A stretch of 64,000 nt of DNA from an uncultured Actinomycetota bacterium. Its GTDB lineage: Bacteria > Actinomycetota > Actinomycetes > Propionibacteriales > Nocardioidaceae. The stretch is from NCBI GenBank assembly GCA_963843825.1, contig CAWJLZ010000031.1:76679-140678 (forward strand), in the 5' to 3' direction. This document shows, one piece after another, positions 55,641-64,000 of this stretch. Made by a program: the position numbers and the translations under genes. The notes beneath the pieces are model-generated. The model was not told the DNA's origin and did no database searches. It saw only the letters and a list, made by a program, of their open reading frames with translations. The stretch's first letter is position 1, and the number at the start of each line of letters is the position of its first letter.

Positions 55641-58120
55641 GTGGCACGACGCAGCGCTCCCCCGCCCCTCCCCGACGACTTCGAGGAGCACATCGTCGAC
55701 ATCGACGTCGGTGACGAGATGCGCGCGAGCTTCCTGGAGTACGCCTACTCGGTGATCTACAGCCGGGCCCTGCCCGACGCCCGCGACGGCCTCAAGCCGG
55801 TGCAGCGGCGGATCCTGCACACGATGGGCGAGATGGGCCTGCGGCCCGACCGCGGCCACGTGAAGTCGGCCCGCGTGGTCGGCGAGGTGATGGGCCGGCT
55901 GCACCCGCACGGCGACAGCGCGATCTACGACGCCCTGGTCCGGATGGTGCAGCCCTGGTCGCTGCGGCTGCCGATGATCGACGGGCACGGGAACTTCGGC
56001 TCCCCCGACGCCGGCCCGGCCGCGATGCGCTACACCGAGTGCCGGATGGCCGCCGCGGCGATGCCGATGGTCACCTCGATCGACGAGGACACCGTCGACT
56101 TCAAGGCCAACTACGACTCCCGCGAGCTCGAGCCCACGGTGCTGCCCGCGGCCCTGCCGAACCTGCTGGTCAACGGGGCGTCCGGGATCGCGGTCGGGAT
56201 GGCCACCAACATGGCCCCGCACAACCTGGTCGAGGTGGTCCAGGCGCTGCGGCACCTGATCACCCACCCGACCGCCGACCTCGAGGCGCTGATGCGGTTC
56301 ATCCCCGGCCCGGACCTGCCGACCGGCGGCAAGATCATCGGCCTCGACGGGGTCCGCGACGCCTACGAGACCGGCCGGGGCAGCTTCCGGATGCGGGCCA
56401 CCACCCGGATCGAGTCGGTCACCCCGCGGCGCAAGGGCATCGTGGTCACCGAGCTGCCGTACGGCGTGGGCCCGGAGAAGGTGATCGAGCGGATCAAGGT
56501 GCTCGTCCAGGGCAAGAAGCTCCAGGGCATCTCCGACGTCAAGGACCTCACCGACCTGGAGAAGGGCCTGCGCCTGGTCATCGAGGTCAAGAACGGGTTC
56601 AACCCCGAGGCCGTGCTGGAGCAGCTGTTCAAGCTGACCCCGATGGAGGACTCCTTCGGGATCAACAACGTCGCGCTGGTCGACGGCCAGCCCCGCACCC
56701 TGGGCCTGAAGGCGCTGCTCGAGGTCTACCTCCAGCACCGCTTCGACGTCGTACGCCGGCGGTCGGCGTTCCGGCTGCGGCAAGGCCGCGGACCGGCTGC
56801 ACCTGGTCGAGGGCCTGCTGCTCGCCATGCTGGACATCGACGAGGTGATCCAGCTGATCCGCTCCAGCGACAACTCGGCCGAGGCCAAGGACCGGCTGAT
56901 GCGGCGTCTTCGACCTCAGCGACGCCCAGGCGACGTACATCCTGGACATGCAGCTGCGCCGGCTGACCCGGTTCTCCCGGCTGGAGCTGGAGAAGGAGCA
57001 GGCCGAGCTGCAGGAGCAGATCGCGGCGCTCGAGGAGATCCTGGGCGACGAGCAGCAGCTCCGCAAGGTGGTCTCCGACGAGCTGGCCGAGGTCGCCAAG
57101 GCCTACGGCAACCCCCGGCGCACCGTGCTGCTGCAGTCCGCGGGCCAGCCGTCGGCCACCGCGGTGCCCCTGGAGGTCAGCCGACGACCCCTGCCTGGTC
57201 CTGCTCTCCTCGGCCGGGCTGCTGGCCCGCACCACCGACGCCGAGCCGCTCGGTGACGACGGCGACCGGGCCAACCACGACGTGGTGCTGTCCGTGGTCC
57301 CGGCCACCGCCCGGGGCCAGGTCGGGGTGCTGACCACGGCCGGGCGGCTGGTCCGGCTCGACGTCCTCGACCTGCCGACCCTCCCGCCCACCGCGAACGC
57401 CCCGCACCTGCAGGGCGGAGCGCCGCTCGGCACCTTCCTCGACCTCGACTGGCGACCGGTCGCGCACCCGGAGCGGCCGCTGGCCCTGTGCACGCTGCGC
57501 GCGGACGGCCCGGGCCTGGCCCTGGGCACCCGCAGGGCACCGTGAAGCGGGTCAACCCCGAGGTGCCCGACCGCGAGCCTGGGAGGTCGTCCGGCTCGCC
57601 GACGGCGACGAGGTGGTCGGCGCCGTCGAGCTGGTCACCGGTGAGGAGGAGCTCTGCTTCGTCAGCAGCGACGCCCAGCTGCTGCATTTCCCCGCCTCCG
57701 GCGGTCCGCGCCCAGGGCCGCTCCGGCGGCGGGATGGCTGGGGCTGAGCTCGCGGCCGGGCGCCGAGGTGGTGTTCTTCGGGGCCTTCGAGCCCGGCGAC
57801 GACGCCGTGGTCGTGACCGTGTCCGGATCGCGGGCCGCCCTGCCCGGCACCGAGGCCGGCTCGGTCAAGGTCACCCCGTTCGCGGAGTACCCCGGCAAGG
57901 GCCGGGCCACCGGCGGCGTCCGGTGCCACCGGTTCCTCAAGGGCGAGGACACCCTGCTGCTGGCGTGGGTCGGCCGCGGGCCGGCCCGCGCCGCCGCGGC
58001 GTCCGGGCGCACCGGTCGAGCTGCCCGCCGCGGACGGCCGCCGCGACGGCTCGGGGGTCCCGCCCGCGCAGCCGATCGCGGCGGTGGCCGGTCCCGTGCG
58101 TGGCAGGCTGGAGCGCATGA
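55641..58120 (+). CDS. parC: DNA topoisomerase IV subunit A (frameshifted in C-terminal half)
   Basis: RALPDARDGLKPVQRR, HPHGDSAIYD, AAMRYTE, GIAVGMATN, KGRATGGVRC. Confidence 0.92.
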
Positions 58121-58824
58121 GCGCTCCCTCCCGTGCCGTCCGCACCACCGCCGCGGTGCTGGTCGCCGCGCTGCTGGCCCTGACCTCCGGCTGCTCCGGG
58201 GGCGAGGAGGCCCCGGCCGCGCCGACGTCGGCCGACGTCCTGGCCGCCGCCAAGACCGCGCTCGACGACACCTCCGGCGTCACCCTGTCGCTGACCACCG
58301 ACACGCTTCCCGACGGGGTCGACGGGGTCCTCGACGCCACCGGTGTCGGCACCCACGCCCCGGCGTTCGAGGGCTCCATCAAGGTGCTGGTCAACGGCAT
58401 CTCGGTCGACGTCCCCGTGGTGGCCGTCGACGGCCTGATCTACGCGCGGCTGCCGTTCACCACCAGGTACGTCGAGATCGACCCCGCCGACTACGGCGCC
58501 CCGGACCCCGCGGCGCTGCTGGCCACCGAGGGCGGCATCTCGGACTGGCTCACCGCGGCGACCGGGGTGGAGGCCGGCGACAAGGTGCGCGACGGCGACC
58601 GGGTGCTCACGACGTACTCCGGGTCGTTGCCGGGCACGGTGGTGGCCTCGGTCATCCCGAGCGCCGACGACACCGCGACCTTCGCCGCGACCTTCGAGAT
58701 CGACGACGCCGGCCAGATGTCCGCAGCCGAGGTGACCGGGCCGTTCTACGGCGACGCCGGCGACGTCGACTACACCGTCACGCTGAGCGACTACGGCACC
58801 GAGAAGACCATCACCAAGCCGTGA
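58117..58824 (+). CDS. LppX/LprAFG family lipoprotein
   Basis: LTSGC lipobox; DYGAPDPAALL...GIS; GPFY; ends ITKP; ATGA overlap with parC stop. Confidence 0.8.
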   Translation: MSAPSRAVRTTAAVLVAALLALTSGCSGGEEAPAAPTSADVLAAAKTALDDTSGVTLSLTTDTLPDGVDGVLDATGVGTHAPAFEGSIKVLVNGISVDVPVVAVDGLIYARLPFTTRYVEIDPADYGAPDPAALLATEGGISDWLTAATGVEAGDKVRDGDRVLTTYSGSLPGTVVASVIPSADDTATFAATFEIDDAGQMSAAEVTGPFYGDAGDVDYTVTLSDYGTEKTITKP

Positions 58825-58834
58825 GCGCGCAGCC

Positions 58835-60633
58835 ATGACCGCGACGACCGGGGCCGGTCGGACCGCCCGGACCGCACGGCCCGGACCCTCCTCGGTCTCG
58901 CCGCGGTCGCGGTCGCCTTCGCCGCGGCCGACACCTACGTCGTGGTGCTGGCCCTGCCCGACATGATGGCGGCCGCCGGGCTGTCGGCCGACGCCCTGCA
59001 GCGCGCGGCCCCGATCGTCTCGGGCTTCCTGCTCGGCTACGTCGCGGTGCTCCCGCTGATCGGTCGGATCGCGGACCTGCGCGGTCGGGTGCCGGTGCTG
59101 GTCGGCTCGCTGGTGGTCTTCGCGCTCGGGTCACTGGTCACCGCCGCGGCGTACGACCTGCCGTCGATGGTCGACCGGCCGCTTCCTCCAGGGCGTCGGC
59201 GGCGGAGGGCTGGTGCCGGCGACCCTGGCCCTGGTGGCCGACCTCTACCCGCCGCACCGGCGCGGCGTGCCGCTCGGCGTGGTCGGCGCGGTCCAGGAGC
59301 TGGGCAGCGTCCTCGGGCCGCTGTACGGCGCGGTCGTGCTCGCGGTCGCCGATGGCGGGAGATCTTCTGGCTCAACCTGGCGGTCGGCCGGCGCTGCTCG
59401 CGGTGCTGCTCGCGACCAGGCCGGCGCGACGGTCGCGACCGGGCCGCCGGCCGCCGCGACCGCCGGGCGCCGGACCTGCTCGGTGCCGGGCTGCTCGCGC
59501 CTCGGCGCTGCGTCGGGCTGTCCTGGTCATGCTCGAGCCGCGCCCGGCTGGCCACCGACGTCACCCTCGGGCTCGGCTTCGTGCCGGTCGTCGGCGAGTC
59601 CCGCTGGCTCACCCCGGTGGCGCTGGCCGTGCTCGGCGCTCGTCGGTGCTGCTGCTGCGTCCGCTGCCTCATCGCGCGCCGCCCGCTGGTCGACCTCCGT
59701 GGCTGGCGGCGCCCTGGCGCGGGCGGTCGACCTGCCGGGAGCACTGCTCCTCGGCGCTGCGCTGGCGGGGTCATCCTGGCCTTCGCCACCGCCGACCCCG
59801 AGGTCGCGGTGCTTCCGCCCGCCGGACCTGGCTGCTCGTCGGCTCGGCGCGGTGGCGGCCGCCGGCTTCGTCTGGCGCAACCGGGTCGCCGCGCACCCGC
59901 TGGTCCCGCCCGCCGCCCTGCGCCAGCCCGGCCGCCTGGGGCGCGCTGCGTGGTCAGCTTCTTCGTCGGCGCCGCCCTGATCGCGGCGCTGGTCGACATC
60001 CCGGTCTTCGCCCGGGTCACCGTCTACCCCGACTCCCAGCTGCTCGCGGCCCTGGTGCTGGTCCGGCTGCTGGTGGCGCTGCCGGTCGGCGCGCTGCTCG
60101 GCGGCTGGCTGACCCAACGGCTGCCCGCCGGCGTCGTGACCGCGGGCGGGATGGTGCTGCGCTGCGTCGGGTTCGTGCTGGATGGCGCGGTGGGGCCTGG
60201 AGTCGCTCTCGCACCGCTCGGCGACGGTGCCGCTGGTGCTCACCGGGCTCGGCTTCGGGCTGGCGCTCGCCCCGGTCAACGCCGCGCTGCTGGCCGCGAC
60301 CGCACGCGGTCCACGGCGTGGCCAGCGCGCTGCTGGTCGTGGCCCGGATGGTCGGGATGCTGGTCGGGATCAGCGTGCTGACCACGCTCGGGCTGCGCCG
60401 CTACTACGCCGGCAGGTGGACCTGCCCTCGCCGATGGAGGTCTGCGGCGCCGGGGTCAGCCGGTGCGACGCCTACAGCCTGCTGCTCAAGGAGGCGGGGC
60501 TGGCCCAGCTGCAGACCGTCTTCCTCGGCGCCGCGGTGTGCTGCGTCCTGGCCGCGGTGCTCGCCGTGGTGCTCTTCCGCGCGGGCCGAGACCCGCGCGG
60601 TCGCCACGCCGGTGTCCCCGGCCACCTCGCTGA
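58835..60633 (+). CDS. MFS transporter (DHA2, P55/Rv1410c-like; frameshifted)
   Basis: [52 protein letters not shown]. Confidence 0.8.
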
Positions 60634-61575
60634 GTCCCGACCGCGCCGACGAGCCGGCCGCCGCCGGACGCTGCTCGGTCCTCTCGGCCGCGGCCGGGGA
60701 GCCGCCAGGCCGGTTCGGCGCCGCCGGCGGTGGCCTGGGTGGCCCTGGAGCAGCCCGGCCCGTGGGGCGGCCAAGGCGTTCACGGCCAGTCACCTGGACC
60801 CCGGGGTGGGCCGCGGGCTCGAGGCGGCCGCCGCCGCGGTCGGCGTCCGACCCTGCCTGGTCCGGACGTCCCGGGCGGCATGCCGACGACGCGGGCGGAC
60901 GGGCCGCACCGCGTGCTGGTCGCGCACACCGTCCCGGGCCGGACCTGGCTCCTCGACGGCACGATCGAGGACGCCGCCGACCTGCTCGGGCTGGACTGGG
61001 CGGCGGTCGCCGCGGGCGACCTGGACGCCGTACGCCGCAGCCTGCCCGGCCTGGCCCCCAGCGAGCAGAGCCACCTGCTGGTCTGCACCAACGGCACCCG
61101 CGACCTGTGCTGCGCCGCCCTCGGACGTCCGGTCGCCGCCGATGCGGCCGGTGCCCGTCCCGGGCAGGTCTGGGAGGCCACCCACACCTCGGGGCACCGG
61201 TTCGCCCCCACCGCGGTGCTGCTGCCGTTCGGCACCCTCCACGGCCGGCTCGACGGGCCCGCCGCGGTGGCCGTGCTCGACGGGGCCGCCGCCGGGAGGA
61301 CCGTGCTCGCCGGGCACCGCGGGCGCTCCACCTGGCCTGCCGCGGGACAGGTCGCCGAGCTGGCGGTCCGGGCCGCGACGAGGGTCCTCGGTCTCGACGA
61401 CCTCGCCGTGTCGTCGGACGGCGGTGCCGGTGCGTGGCTGGTGACCCACGTCGACGGGCGGGCCTGGTCGGTGGCGGTGACGCAGGAGGCCTCCGACACC
61501 GAGCGACCCGAGTCCTGCGGCAAGCCCGCGGTACCCCTGCTGGCCTGGACGCACGGCGAGGTCACGGCCCGGTGA
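60612..61575 (+). CDS. Sucrase/ferredoxin-like (thioredoxin-like 2Fe-2S) protein (start approximate)
   Basis: WVALEQPGPWG, VCTNGTRDLCC, WEATHTSGHRFAPT, RPESCGK. Confidence 0.8.
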
Positions 61576-61635
61576 CACGCGCCCGGGGGTGGGACGGCAG
61601 CGACGCGGAGCCGTGGGTTCGCTAGCGTCTGCGTC

Positions 61636-62137
61636 GTGACCCAAGACTTCGACGACCTGCTCGAGGCGAACCGGCGGTTCGCCGACGCCTTCGCGCTCTC
61701 CGGCTTCGACGGCGTCGCCCACGCCGGCGTGGCCATCGTGACCTGCATGGACTCGCGCATCGACCCGCTGAGCCTGGTCGGCCTGAAGCCCGGTGACGCC
61801 AAGATCTTCCGCAACCCCGGAGGGCCGGGTCACCGACGCCGCGCTCGAGGCACTCGTCCTCGGCGTCCACCTGCTCAACGTCGAGCGCATCCTGGTCGTC
61901 CCGCACACCCGCTGCGCGATGGCCAGCAGCACCGAGGAGGAGCTGCACGAGCGGGTCGCCCGGTCCGCCGGGGTCGACGTGCGCTGGCAGCGCTTCCACG
62001 TGGTCGACCGACCAGGCCGCAGCGCTCGGCGAGGACGTCCGCGAGTGCGCTCGCCACCCGCTCGATCCCGGACTCGGTGGCGGTGGGCGGGCTTCCTGTA
62101 CGACGTCGACACCGGGCTGCTCAGCCAGCTGGTCTGA
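61636..62137 (+). CDS. Beta-class carbonic anhydrase (frameshifted)
   Basis: TCMDSRI, RNPGG, HTRC, YDVDTG. Confidence 0.9.
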
Positions 62138-62152
62138 GCCGGCCACGGCGGC

Positions 62153-64000
<1,848 letters not shown>

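Overview
High-GC actinobacterial chromosome segment (gene content and order resemble Nocardioides/Propionibacteriales; inference). Most of it is conserved housekeeping backbone: PLD/cardiolipin synthase end, alkA-like glycosylase, ligB, fadA2-fabG4-htdX, tesB, PAC2, dxs, acnA, TRAM RNA methyltransferase, KimA-like permease, trkA pair, dut, suhB, hemH, sepH, tdk, a Pat acetyltransferase, parC and parE. Many core genes are broken by 1-nt indels. These are best read as sequencing or assembly errors, so ends are approximate where stated. The main accessory segment (about 18.2-32.8 kb) lies between acnA and the methyltransferase. It carries a peptide-type ABC transporter, three hydrolases (alpha/beta, DUF885, S9), RidA, an LLM/F420-type oxidoreductase and a PaaX-type regulator. 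Its two divergent promoter regions share a 14-bp motif, and a membrane coiled-coil protein with an AIM24-like domain follows. Non-coding signals read directly from the sequence include a six-copy REP-like palindrome cluster (647-810), a LexA/SOS box before an uncharacterised small gene, a palindrome before acnA, a SigR/SigH-type promoter before DUF4193, a TTACC-N4-GGTAA palindrome before an acyl-CoA reductase, and many leaderless promoters. No rRNA, tRNA, CRISPR array or integrase/transposase was recognised.
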